A stretch of 63,984 bases of DNA, filler included, from an uncultured bacterium (lineage in GTDB: Bacteria; DAOPZR01), in assembly GCA_964637655.1 (NCBI GenBank). It is 9 parts of 9 records of this genome, joined end to end, with 100 filler letters (N's around TTAATTAATTAA, not from the genome) between each part and the next. Parts side by side here need not be neighbours in the genome. Positions count along the whole stretch, not along the records: positions 38,215 to 45,615 come from CAZWUZ010000194.1; positions 45,716 to 52,995 come from CAZWUZ010000196.1; 7 more parts are not named here. One strand, 5' to 3'. Of this stretch, positions 42,619 to 51,566 are shown in pieces; position 1 is the first letter of the stretch, and every line of letters starts with the position of its first letter. The notes under the pieces are model-generated. The model was not told where the DNA came from. It was given only the letters and a program-made list of their open reading frames with translations, and made no database searches. Made by a program: the position numbers and the translations under genes.

Positions 42619-44079
42619 ATGACTGACCAGGAATATTACCGCTCTGTCTTCACGCAACTGCAGCGCTCGTGCCGCGGGGCGTCGTATATCATCGGCGCCG
42701 GCACGGAACTCATTCAGCACGGCTGGCGCCCGGGGGGACTGCTCGTTACCGTCGAGTCGGCCGACCAGCTGTGGAAGATGGCGGTCGAGTGGGGACTGCA
42801 GATCCATATCCCCGTGCTCGGCACCCGCGACGAGCGTGTGCTCTGTCCCATCGATTTCGAAATCTCGCTGATGCACGAGAACTTCGCGCTCTATGCCGAC
42901 ATGCAGACGCAGCAGCACTACTTCCGCAAGTATCTCTTTCCCATCACCAAATACCTCGAGGATTTCTTCGTCGACCGGAAAATGCCCTTCATGATGGATT
43001 TGACCCCGTCGGGCGGGCACATCCTCTTCTGGGTGGAGCGCGGGACGAAGGCGTGGCAGGCGTGCGAGCAGATCGGCTATCTCGAGGACGACCTGCTGAC
43101 CTGCTATCAGTACCGCGACAGCAGCGACATCAAGCGGCGCGACGGGGTCAAGCCCGCGGCGGGCATGGTGTTCAGCGGTTTGGGGCGCCTCTCCGAGTTT
43201 CTCGGCTATATGGCGAAGAACGCGCTGCTCAGCGACGGGGGCATTCCCGTCACCATCTGCGACAGCGCGGAAAAATCGATCAACTACGACAATTCATGGG
43301 CGGGTGATTCCGCCTTCATGCGCGGCATCCGCACCCCCTTCTCGCTGCACAAGAAGAACATCCAGAAGTACGGCATGTACNNNNNNNNNNCGGGCCGGCC
43401 CGCCGCGGCGCCCCTGGCCGCCGCCGACGCCCCGGACTTTGCCGGCGAGGCCGGTATCGCTCGCTTTATCGAGAGCGCCAAGGCCGCCGGCAGCTGCGCC
43501 GTTTTCCCCCGCTGGCAGCCGCCGCTGGTCGACGTCATCAAGACGGTATGGGATGGGCGCGAACTGAAGATGAACCGCGACCTCGAATTCCTGCTGCAGT
43601 GCATGTGGAACACGGAGAAGGCGGCGCAGTACGCGCAGCAGCAGGACGGCATCATCCCGCGCGCCACCGACTCGCTGCTCAAGCTGGTGACGTTGTACCA
43701 GGACTCGGGTCTCTATCAGTTCCACCAGGAGTTCGACGCGCATGCCGGGCACGCGCGCGGTGAGGCGCTGGCGCGCGCGCAGGCGGATGCGCAACTGCAC
43801 CACAACACGCGCAAGATGATCGAGAATCCCTTCCCGGCGCTGCTGCAGCCGTTCAACCTCAAGCGCTTTATCAGCGACCTGGTGGTGGCGCGCGGCTGGC
43901 ATCCGAAGGAGGTGGCGGGACTCATCCGCGACTGCTACGAGAACCCGGCACAGCGCTACTGGGGACAGATGGACTGGTTCAAGAGTCCGTCGTCGACCAA
44001 AGCGAACTTCTACGGGCGGCTGTACGGCGGGATGGCGCTGTGGGAGTGCGGCAAACTGACGCTCAACCTGCCGCGCTAG
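42619..44079 (+). CDS. Hypothetical protein with AEP primase/polymerase-like motifs (internal N gap 43381-43390)
   Basis: RBS GGAGGGG; CPIDFE, TPSGGHILF, YD..GIRTPFSLHKK. Confidence 0.6.
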   Translation: MTDQEYYRSVFTQLQRSCRGASYIIGAGTELIQHGWRPGGLLVTVESADQLWKMAVEWGLQIHIPVLGTRDERVLCPIDFEISLMHENFALYADMQTQQHYFRKYLFPITKYLEDFFVDRKMPFMMDLTPSGGHILFWVERGTKAWQACEQIGYLEDDLLTCYQYRDSSDIKRRDGVKPAAGMVFSGLGRLSEFLGYMAKNALLSDGGIPVTICDSAEKSINYDNSWAGDSAFMRGIRTPFSLHKKNIQKYGMYXXXXGRPAAAPLAAADAPDFAGEAGIARFIESAKAAGSCAVFPRWQPPLVDVIKTVWDGRELKMNRDLEFLLQCMWNTEKAAQYAQQQDGIIPRATDSLLKLVTLYQDSGLYQFHQEFDAHAGHARGEALARAQADAQLHHNTRKMIENPFPALLQPFNLKRFISDLVVARGWHPKEVAGLIRDCYENPAQRYWGQMDWFKSPSSTKANFYGRLYGGMALWECGKLTLNLPR

Positions 44080-44109
44080 CGGCGGGCTGAAGGCCCGGCA
44101 GGCGGTTGC

Positions 44110-44166
44110 CTACTGGACCAGGAAGCAGAAAACGACGAGTGCGAGCAGCAGGCAGAATTCGCCCAT
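44110..44166 (-). CDS. Unannotated 18-aa hydrophobic small protein MGEFCLLLALVVFCFLVQ
   Basis: AGGAGG 7 nt upstream of ATG; single TM-like helix; sigma28-like promoter immediately upstream. Confidence 0.55.
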   Translation of the reverse strand: MGEFCLLLALVVFCFLVQ

Positions 44167-44227
44167 GACGGCACCTCCTGCTTACCCTATCGGCAGCCGC
44201 GCGGCGCGGCTGAAGGAGAATACGGCT

Positions 44228-44833
44228 ATGGCGACACGAAAGCGCAAAACCACCGGGGCAGTGACCGCAAAACAGCTCGACCGGATGCTGGCGGAAATAA
44301 GGCGCGCGGGGACGCTCAAGCGCATTCCGCGCATGGGCTGGCAGATGCGCGGGGTCATCCCCTGCGAGAGCGTGGCGGACCATTCCTTCCGCGTCATCTA
44401 CATTGCCATGCTGCTGGCCGACGCGCTGGTGGCGGCCGGGGAGCAGGTTGATGCCACGCGCATCATCCGCATGGCCATCGTCCACGAACTTCCCGAGTCG
44501 CTGCTCACCGACCTGGCGAAGGACCCGGTCGACCTGCTCGGCAAGCGCGCCAAGTTTACCGCCGAGGATATCGCGGTGCGACGCATCACCGAGGGGCTGG
44601 TCGGCGGCGGCGGCTACTACGCGCTCTGGCGCGAATTCGAGGAGATGGGCTCGCTCGAGGCAAAAGCGGTGCGCATGGCCGACCGCCTCGACATGATGGT
44701 GCAGGCCTGTGACTACGAGCAGGTGGGCTGGCGCAACCTTGACGACTTCTGGAAGAACAGCGCCAACTGTGCCGATTACGGCGTGCCGCTGTTCGCGGCT
44801 GTCTGGCGGCGCTTCCGGGCCGTGATGAAATGA
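44228..44833 (+). CDS. HD-domain hydrolase (YfbR/HDDC2-like 5'-deoxynucleotidase)
   Basis: LKRIPRMGW..ESVADHSF, AIVHELPE..D, ADRLDM. Confidence 0.85.
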   Translation: MATRKRKTTGAVTAKQLDRMLAEIRRAGTLKRIPRMGWQMRGVIPCESVADHSFRVIYIAMLLADALVAAGEQVDATRIIRMAIVHELPESLLTDLAKDPVDLLGKRAKFTAEDIAVRRITEGLVGGGGYYALWREFEEMGSLEAKAVRMADRLDMMVQACDYEQVGWRNLDDFWKNSANCADYGVPLFAAVWRRFRAVMK

Positions 44834-45615
44834 AACGGCTGCTGCTGCCGGTGCTCTGCCTGCTGGCCGGGTGCCTGGGCGCGGCGGTGCCTCCGGTATC
44901 CGCGCCCCCGCAGGTGACCGGGCTCTGGCCCGACGACGGGGCGGTGGCGGTGCCGCGCGAGGTACGCATTCGCTTCACCTTCGACCAGGCGATGGATACC
45001 GCAACGTTGGCGGGAGCGGTGCGTCTGCGGCAGCGTGACGGGACCGGTGCCATCCTGACCGTGACCCCGGCGGCGCTGCGCTACGATGCCGTGCTGCGCT
45101 CGCTCTTTGTCGAGGCGACGTTTGCCGGCGGGCAGGAGGCGGAGGCGGAACTGACGGCGGGTGCCTGCGCGCTGAGCGGCGAAGCGCTGCGCGCCCCGGC
45201 GTCGACCCGCTTCCTCGTCGAGGCTGACCCGCGCGCGTGGTGGACGTATGCCGAGCAGCCGGCGGCGCTCGGGCACGGGCGTGACGGCGCGCTCGCCTTC
45301 CGCGGCGTGCCCGTGCCGCCCTGTGCCGGGACGCTGACCACGCCTGCCGGCGTGTTCACCTGGCTCTGCCGCCGTGCGGATGACGATGACAGCGGCTGGC
45401 TGCACACGGATGTGCCGCCGCGCACGCTGGCGGCGGCCGGTGACCCGCTCACCCCGTCGGAACTCGCGGCTGGCAGCTACCCCGCTACGCTGGCAGGACG
45501 ACGCCCTGCCACCCCGCTTGGCTGGGTGCACCTGAGCCATCATCAGGGGGGGGCCTGGCTCGACCCGGCGCGGTGTGTCGCGCGGGTTTACGGCACTGAC
45601 CCCGCGCGCCGAAGG
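44830..45615 (+). CDS. Lipoprotein with Ig-like (Big_5) domain (3' truncated)
   Basis: Lipobox LLAGC; PPQV..PDDGA..V..IRFTFDQAMD. Confidence 0.6.
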
Positions 45616-45785
45616 NNNNNNNNNNNNNNNNNNNNNNNNNNNNNNNNNNNNNNNNNNNNTTAATTAATTAANNNNNNNNNNNNNNNNNNNNNNNNNNNNN
45701 NNNNNNNNNNNNNNNAACCTGCGGGTGAAACCTGGCGTTGGCAATTATACCCAGATGCGGAATCGCTGCAGCGACGGGCGCATGC

Positions 45786-45814
45786 TTGACGCACCCCCGC
45801 CATTCTGCTATACT
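45786..45814 (+). promoter_or_regulatory. sigma70 promoter TTGACG-N17-TATACT for the lysC operon
   Basis: Near-consensus with TGc extension. Confidence 0.7.
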
Positions 45815-45864
45815 CCGGCGCATTATTTCCGGCGGGTGAGGTGTCCCCGCGAGGCAGGTGACGC

Positions 45865-47079
45865 ATGGCTCTGGTGGTGCAGAAATACGGTGGCTCGTCG
45901 GTTGGCGATGCCGACAAGATGCGGCGCGTGGCGCAGCGCATCGCGGATACCCGCAAGGAGGGCAACCAGGTGGTGGCCGTGGTCTCGGCCATGGGTGATG
46001 CCACCGACGACCTGCTCGAACTCGCAGACAAACTCAACCCGGCAGGCGCGGCGCGCGAGATGGACCTGCTCATGGTGACGGGGGAGATGGTTTCCGCCGC
46101 GCTGCTCGCCATGACCCTGCAGGGGATGGGTGAGCAGGCGGTGGCGCTGACCGGGCCGCAGGCGGGCTTCCGCACCGACAACGCGCACCGCAAGGCGCGC
46201 ATCATGGATATCGAGCCGGGGCGCATTTACCGCGAACTGGCGCGCGGCATGATCGTCATCGTCGCCGGGTTCCAGGGGGAGAATGACCGCGGCGATTTCG
46301 CCACGCTCGGGCGCGGCGGGTCGGACACCACCGCGGTGGCGCTGGCGGCGGTGCTCAAGGCGGATGTCTGCGACGTGTTCACCGATGTCGACGGCATCTT
46401 CACCGCCGACCCGCGCCTGGTCAAGGACGCGAAGATGCTCAAGGCGATCTCCTACGACGAGATCCTCGAACTGGCCAGCGTCGGCGCGCAGGTGATGCAG
46501 GCGCGGTCCATCGAGTTCGCCAAGAAGCACGGGGTTACCGTGCACGTACGTTCCAGCTTCCACCGCCAGCCGGGGACGCTGATTGTCGAGGAGGAGAAGG
46601 TCATGGAAAACTATGTTATCAGCGGCGTGGCGGCGGACAAGGCGCAGGCGAAGCTGACCCTGACGCCGGTGCCGGACGTGCCGGGCATCGCGGCGCGCAT
46701 CTTCGTGGCGCTGGGGCAGGCGAACGTCAACGTCGACATGATCATCCAGAGCTCGCCCGAGGTGAAGGCGGAGAAGAACACCATCTCCTTTACCGTGGCG
46801 CGCGGCGAACTGGCGAAAGCGGAGCAGACCCTGCGCGAAGTCGTACAGGAATGGGCCGCCTGCCGGGTGGTGACCGCGGCGGACATCGCCAAGGTGTCGG
46901 TTATCGGCGTCGGCATGAAGAGTCACGCCGGGGTGGCGGGCGAGATGTTCCAGGTGCTCGGTGATGCCGGCATCAACATCGAGATGATCAGCACCTCGGA
47001 GATCAAGATCTCCTGCGTCATTCCCGAGGAGAAGGCCGACGCGGCGGTGCGCCTGCTGCACGCGCACTTCATCAAGTGA
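45865..47079 (+). CDS. lysC: Aspartate kinase
   Basis: VQKYGGSSV, TLGRGGSDTTA, TDVDGIFTADPR, two ACT domains (ISTSEIKISC). Confidence 0.96.
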   Translation: MALVVQKYGGSSVGDADKMRRVAQRIADTRKEGNQVVAVVSAMGDATDDLLELADKLNPAGAAREMDLLMVTGEMVSAALLAMTLQGMGEQAVALTGPQAGFRTDNAHRKARIMDIEPGRIYRELARGMIVIVAGFQGENDRGDFATLGRGGSDTTAVALAAVLKADVCDVFTDVDGIFTADPRLVKDAKMLKAISYDEILELASVGAQVMQARSIEFAKKHGVTVHVRSSFHRQPGTLIVEEEKVMENYVISGVAADKAQAKLTLTPVPDVPGIAARIFVALGQANVNVDMIIQSSPEVKAEKNTISFTVARGELAKAEQTLREVVQEWAACRVVTAADIAKVSVIGVGMKSHAGVAGEMFQVLGDAGINIEMISTSEIKISCVIPEEKADAAVRLLHAHFIK

Positions 47080-48659
47080 AGCAGACGCGCATCCTCGTCT
47101 ACGACACCACCCTGCGCGACGGGGCGCAGGGGGAACGGGTGTCGTTCTCGGTCGAGGACATGCTGCGGGTCGCGCGCCGGCTCGACGACCTCGGGTTCGC
47201 CTATATCGAAGGCGGGTGGCCCGGGGCCAACCCGAAGGCGGTCGAGTTCTTCACCCGCGCGCGCAAACTGAAACTGAAGCAGGCGAAGCTGGCGGCGTTC
47301 GGCTCGACCCGGCACGCGAAGCACCGGCCGGCGGCGGATCCCAACCTCACCGGCCTGCTGGCGGCGAAGACCCCGGTGGTGACGATTTTCGGCAAGGCGT
47401 GGGACCTGCACGTGCGCGAAGCGCTGCGCGTCCCGCTGCCGCAGAACCTGACGATGATCACCGACTCGGTCGCCCACCTCAAGGCGGCGGGGCGCGAGGT
47501 GCTGTTCGACGCGGAGCATTTCTTCGACGGTTTTGCTGCCAACCCTGCGTACGCGCTGGCGGCGCTGCGCGCGGCGCTCGACGGGGGCGCCGACTGGCTG
47601 GTACTGTGCGAGACCAACGGCGGCGCGCTGCCGCACACGGTGGCGGCGGCGGTGCGCGCGGTGCGGGAAACCTTCCCCGGTGCGCGCCTGGGCATGCACG
47701 CGCACAACGACAGCGACTGCGCGGTGGCCAATTCGCTGGCCGCGGTGCGCGAGGGGTGCACGCAGGTGCAGGGGACGGTCAACGGCTACGGCGAGCGCTG
47801 CGGCAATGCCAACCTCTGCTCGATTATCCCCAACCTGCAGCTGAAGATGAACTGCCGGGTGCTGAGCACGGCGCAGCTGGCGCGGCTCACCGACACCTCG
47901 CGCCTGGTGAGCGAACTGGCCAACCTCGCGCCCAACCGCGCGCTGCCGTATGTCGGCAGTTCGGCTTTCGCGCACAAGGCGGGCATCCACGTCAGCGCGG
48001 TGCAGCGCCATCCCGAGACCTACGAGCATATCCGCCCGGAACTGGTGGGCAACCGCCAGCGCGTGCTGGTTTCCGACCAGTCGGGGCGCAGCAACCTCGT
48101 GCACAAGGCGCGGGAACTGGGGATCGCGCTCGACGGGCCGGCCGGGGCGGAGAAACTCGGCGACGTGCTGCAGGAACTCAAGGAACTCGAGGCGAGCGGC
48201 TACCAGTTCGAGGGGGCGGAGGCGTCGTTCGCGCTGATGCTGCGCCGCGCGCTGGGTACGGTCCCGGCGCATTTTGCGCTGCTGGCGTTCCGCGTCATCA
48301 ATGAGAAACAGGGGGATGGCGTCCCCTACTGCGAGGCGACCATCAAGGTCAGCGTCGGCGAGCGCGTGGCGCACACCGCGGCGGAGGGTGACGGGCCGGT
48401 CAACGCGCTCGACAACGCGCTGCGCAAGGCGCTGGCGAAATTCTACCCCGCGCTGCGGCAGCTCACCCTTACCGACTACAAGGTGCGCGTGCTCAACGAA
48501 AAAGAGGGAACCGCGGCGCGCGTGCGCGTGCTGATGGAATTCTCCGACGGGGAACGCACCTGGGGGACGGTCGGCTGCTCGACCAATATCGTCGAGGCGA
48601 GCTGGCAGGCGCTGGTCGACGGGTTCGATTATTTCCTCTGCCGGCGCGGGCGGCACTGA
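47076..48659 (+). CDS. cimA: Citramalate synthase (LeuA family)
   Basis: YDTTLRDGAQGE, IEGGWPGANPK, FDAEHFFDG, HAHND, GERCGNANL, AFAHKAGIH. Confidence 0.9.
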   Translation: MKQTRILVYDTTLRDGAQGERVSFSVEDMLRVARRLDDLGFAYIEGGWPGANPKAVEFFTRARKLKLKQAKLAAFGSTRHAKHRPAADPNLTGLLAAKTPVVTIFGKAWDLHVREALRVPLPQNLTMITDSVAHLKAAGREVLFDAEHFFDGFAANPAYALAALRAALDGGADWLVLCETNGGALPHTVAAAVRAVRETFPGARLGMHAHNDSDCAVANSLAAVREGCTQVQGTVNGYGERCGNANLCSIIPNLQLKMNCRVLSTAQLARLTDTSRLVSELANLAPNRALPYVGSSAFAHKAGIHVSAVQRHPETYEHIRPELVGNRQRVLVSDQSGRSNLVHKARELGIALDGPAGAEKLGDVLQELKELEASGYQFEGAEASFALMLRRALGTVPAHFALLAFRVINEKQGDGVPYCEATIKVSVGERVAHTAAEGDGPVNALDNALRKALAKFYPALRQLTLTDYKVRVLNEKEGTAARVRVLMEFSDGERTWGTVGCSTNIVEASWQALVDGFDYFLCRRGRH

Positions 48660-48660
48660 G

Positions 48661-49557
48661 ATGACGCGCCCGTTCACCCTGCGGGTGCCGGCGACCACCG
48701 CCAACCTCGGGGCCGGGTTCGACGTGCTCGGCATGTCGCTCCACCTGTTCAACACCTTCCGCGTCACGCCGGGGGCGTCGCGCAACCGCATCGTCACGGC
48801 CAACGCGCCGTCGGTGCCCACCGACGAGCGCAACATTTTTTTCCAGGCCTACCGCGCGCTGTTCCGCCGCGTGCGGGCGAAACCGGTGCCGGTCAGCGTC
48901 GAGGCGAAGGCGGAGATCCCGCTGGCGCGCGGGCTGGGGAGCAGCGCGGCCACCTACCTCGCGGGCGTGGTCGCCGCGCAGCACGTGCTCGGCTACCCGC
49001 TCAGCGAGCAGGAACTGATGGCGCTGGCGACGGAACTTGAGGGGCATCCCGACAACATCGTGCCCGCCTTCTGCGGCGGCATGGCGGTGGCCGTGCGCGA
49101 GGGGAAGGCGGTGCGTTTCTGGCACCACCATGTGCACGGGCTGCAGGCGGTGCTCGCCATCCCCGGGTTTACCCGCTCGACCGCGGCCGCGCGCAAGGTC
49201 ATTCCCGCGAAGGTGCCGCTCGCCGACGCGGTCTTCAATGTCGGGCGCGCCGCGTTGTTTGTCGGCGCGGTCGCCGACCGCGATTACGGCATGCTGCGCT
49301 TCGCCATGGAGGATGCGCTGCATCAGCGCTACCGCGCGCGGCGCCTCCCCGGGCTGCACGAGGTCGTCCGCGCGGCGCTCAATGCCGGTGCCTGCGGCGC
49401 CGCGCTCTCCGGGTCAGGCCCGACCATGATCGCGCTGTGCGACCGCCACCCGCAGCCGGTGGCCATCGCCATGCAGCGGGCCTTCGCCCGCCACGGGGTC
49501 GACTGCACCTGCGACATCGTCAACATCGATAACCACGGGGTGCGGGTCAGGGAATAG
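48661..49557 (+). CDS. thrB: Homoserine kinase
   Basis: VPATTANLGAGFD, IPLARGLGSSAA, EGHPDN, LSGSGPT. Confidence 0.96.
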   Translation: MTRPFTLRVPATTANLGAGFDVLGMSLHLFNTFRVTPGASRNRIVTANAPSVPTDERNIFFQAYRALFRRVRAKPVPVSVEAKAEIPLARGLGSSAATYLAGVVAAQHVLGYPLSEQELMALATELEGHPDNIVPAFCGGMAVAVREGKAVRFWHHHVHGLQAVLAIPGFTRSTAAARKVIPAKVPLADAVFNVGRAALFVGAVADRDYGMLRFAMEDALHQRYRARRLPGLHEVVRAALNAGACGAALSGSGPTMIALCDRHPQPVAIAMQRAFARHGVDCTCDIVNIDNHGVRVRE

Positions 49558-49598
49558 CGGCCCTGCAACCTGCTGCCGCAATAAAGGTTGCGCAGCAC

Positions 49599-49627
49599 TT
49601 GACGGAAAAATGAAAATGTGGTAGCAT
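49599..49627 (+). promoter_or_regulatory. sigma70 promoter TTGACG-N17-TAGCAT for tRNA-Gly
   Basis: Ends 11 nt upstream of the tRNA. Confidence 0.7.
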
Positions 49628-49638
49628 ATTTCGCGGAT

Positions 49639-49713
49639 GCGGGTGTAGCCCAGTGGTAGGGCGCCACCTTGCCATGGTGGATGTCGCCGGTTCAAATCCG
49701 GTCACCCGCTCCA
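49639..49713 (+). tRNA. tRNA-Gly(GCC)
   Basis: Acceptor stem GCGGGTG/CACCCGC, anticodon arm CCACC-TTGCCAT-GGTGG, GGTTCAAATCC T-arm, encoded CCA. Confidence 0.97.
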
Positions 49714-49725
49714 TTGTTCGCCGCT

Positions 49726-49761
49726 AACCGTGTTTCCCGCAAGGGGAGCGCGGTTTTTTTT
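49726..49761 (+). terminator. Rho-independent terminator after tRNA-Gly
   Basis: Stem AACCGTGTTTCCC-GCAA-GGGGAGCGCGG followed by T8. Confidence 0.85.
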
Positions 49762-49870
49762 ACGGTACGCCCCGCAGAGCGTTGACGGTGATAACGGGCG
49801 CCAGCGCGGCCGCGCCTTGCGCACGGCAGAACACGGCGCTCCTGCCGGCGCCATTCCGCGCGCGGCGGGA

Positions 49871-49899
49871 TTGACGCGACGCCCGGGAACAATTACACT
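49871..49899 (+). promoter_or_regulatory. sigma70 promoter TTGACG-N17-TACACT, probably giving a leaderless mRNA
   Basis: -10 ends 7 nt before ATG 49907; no SD. Confidence 0.6.
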
Positions 49900-49906
49900 C
49901 CCTGCT

Positions 49907-50782
49907 ATGGAAACGACACGCACCTGCCACCGCTGCGGCGCGCCCGCAGCGGCGGGCGACACCTTCTGCCATCGCTGCGGGGCACGCCTGACGGCGGCCG
50001 CGTCGGCACCGGCAACGATGCCGGCCTCGCCCCCAGCCCGCGACACGGCCGTGCCATCGTCCGCCACACCGACGGTGGCGACGCTGCCGTCGTCGCCGCC
50101 CCGGGCAGTCGACCTGCTGCTGGCGCCAACCCGCCTCTTTACGCACGGCACGCCCCCGACGTGGGGTGTGGCGCTCGCCCTCGCGGTGCTGGTCGGCGTG
50201 CTCGGGGCGCTGGTCGCGCAGGCGAGCCTCTACGCGCTGCAGCCGCATCTCGGGACCCTGCTCAGCGACCTGCCGGCGGCGATGCGCGACCAGGTGCAGG
50301 GGATGCTGGCGGAGACCACCGGCCTGCAGCAGGCGGGGCAGGCGGTGGCGGCGCTGGCGCTGGCCATCCCGACGGCGCTCGGCTACTACCTGCTGGCGGC
50401 GACGCTCTTCTACGCGCTCGGGCGCTGGGCTAAAGGAACGGGCGAGTGGCAGGTGTTCGCGCGCTGGTATGCGCTGCTCGAACTGCCGTTGCTGCTTGTC
50501 GAAGTGGCCAAGGTGCCGCTGTTGCTGGCGCTGCTGCTGCCGTCGCTGAGCATGCCGCTGCTCGGACTGGCGCTGCTGGCTGCGCTCGGGGTGCAGAGCG
50601 CGGTCTGGCTCTGGCGCTGCTGGCTGCGCTACGCGCTGCTGCGCGGCTGTCTCGCGCTCCCGGTCAACCGTGCGGCGGGTATCGTCATCGGGTTCGAAGC
50701 GGTGAAACTGTTGCTGCTCATCGTCCCGCTCGCCCTGCTCTTTGCGTTCGGTATCCTCCTGGGCCTTATTGCCGCGGCCTGA
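49907..50782 (+). CDS. Zinc-ribbon + Yip1-like membrane protein
   Basis: CHRCGA..FCHRCGA, Pro/Ala linker, LLAPTRLF, about five TMs. Confidence 0.75.
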   Translation: METTRTCHRCGAPAAAGDTFCHRCGARLTAAASAPATMPASPPARDTAVPSSATPTVATLPSSPPRAVDLLLAPTRLFTHGTPPTWGVALALAVLVGVLGALVAQASLYALQPHLGTLLSDLPAAMRDQVQGMLAETTGLQQAGQAVAALALAIPTALGYYLLAATLFYALGRWAKGTGEWQVFARWYALLELPLLLVEVAKVPLLLALLLPSLSMPLLGLALLAALGVQSAVWLWRCWLRYALLRGCLALPVNRAAGIVIGFEAVKLLLLIVPLALLFAFGILLGLIAAA

Positions 50783-50808
50783 ACCGGCGGAGCCCCGGCC
50801 GGCAAACC

Positions 50809-51028
50809 GGTCGCACCCGATGCCATCCATGGCGGGCGCGACACTCACCGCCTCCATGCGGTTGGTCGCACCCGATGCCATCCATGGCGGGCGCGACACC
50901 CGCCGCCTCCATGCGGTTGGTCGCCCCCTTTGCCCTCCGTGGCGGGCGCGACACTCACCGCCTCCCTGCGGTTGGTCGCCCCCTTTGCCCTCCGTGGCGG
51001 GCGCGACACTCACCGCCTCCATGCGGTT
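50809..51028. repeat. Tandem array of four 55-bp double-hairpin units
   Basis: Units start at 50809, 50864, 50919, 50974; unit 1 is GGTCGCACCCGATGCCATCCATGGCGGGCGCGACACTCACCGCCTCCATGCGGTT. Confidence 0.95.
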
Positions 51029-51083
51029 GCCTCTACCCCACCCAATATGTTATACTCATTCATTCCGGGGGAGGGACTGACTT

Positions 51084-51566
51084 GTGGAAAAAAAGATCCT
51101 GAAACTGCTGCTGGAGGACGCGCGGCGCACGCCCGCGCAACTGGCCGACATTCTCGGCCTGCCCGAGGAAGCGGTGCGCCGCAAGATCGACGAGTACGAG
51201 AAGAGCGGCACCATTCTCGCCTACCGCGCGGTGATCAACGAGGAGAAACTCGACCAGCCGCACTGCGCGGCGCTCATCGAGGTCAAGGTGCAGCCCGAGC
51301 GCGGGGTCGGCTTTGACACCGTGGCGGAGCGCATCGCGCAGTTTCCCGAGGTCAAAAGTGTCTACCTCGTCTCGGGCGATTATGACCTGCTGGCGCTGGT
51401 CGACGGGAAGAGTATGCAGGACGTGGCGATGTTCGTCGCGCAGAAACTGTCGACGCTGGAAAAGGTCATTGGCACGCGCACGCACTTCATGCTGCGCAAG
51501 TACAAGACCGACGGCGTGCTGCTGGCGCAGCCGCCGGGCGACCAGCGCCTGGCGGTGACGCCGTGA
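51084..51566 (+). CDS. Lrp/AsnC family transcriptional regulator (YugG/AlaR-like)
   Basis: KILKLLLEDARR HTH; ALIEVKVQPERGVGFD..FPEVKSVYLVSGDYDL; RBS GGAGG. Confidence 0.92.
   Translation: MEKKILKLLLEDARRTPAQLADILGLPEEAVRRKIDEYEKSGTILAYRAVINEEKLDQPHCAALIEVKVQPERGVGFDTVAERIAQFPEVKSVYLVSGDYDLLALVDGKSMQDVAMFVAQKLSTLEKVIGTRTHFMLRKYKTDGVLLAQPPGDQRLAVTP

Noticed and set aside
45815-45864. Lysine riboswitch or attenuator upstream of lysC
   Set aside because: The leader is only about 45 nt from the predicted promoter, too short.
49714-49906. Integrative element at tRNA-Gly
   Set aside because: No integrase and no duplicated tRNA 3' end on the contig.
50809-51028. Possible CRISPR array
   Set aside because: Units are contiguous and near-identical with no unique spacers; no cas genes in the window.
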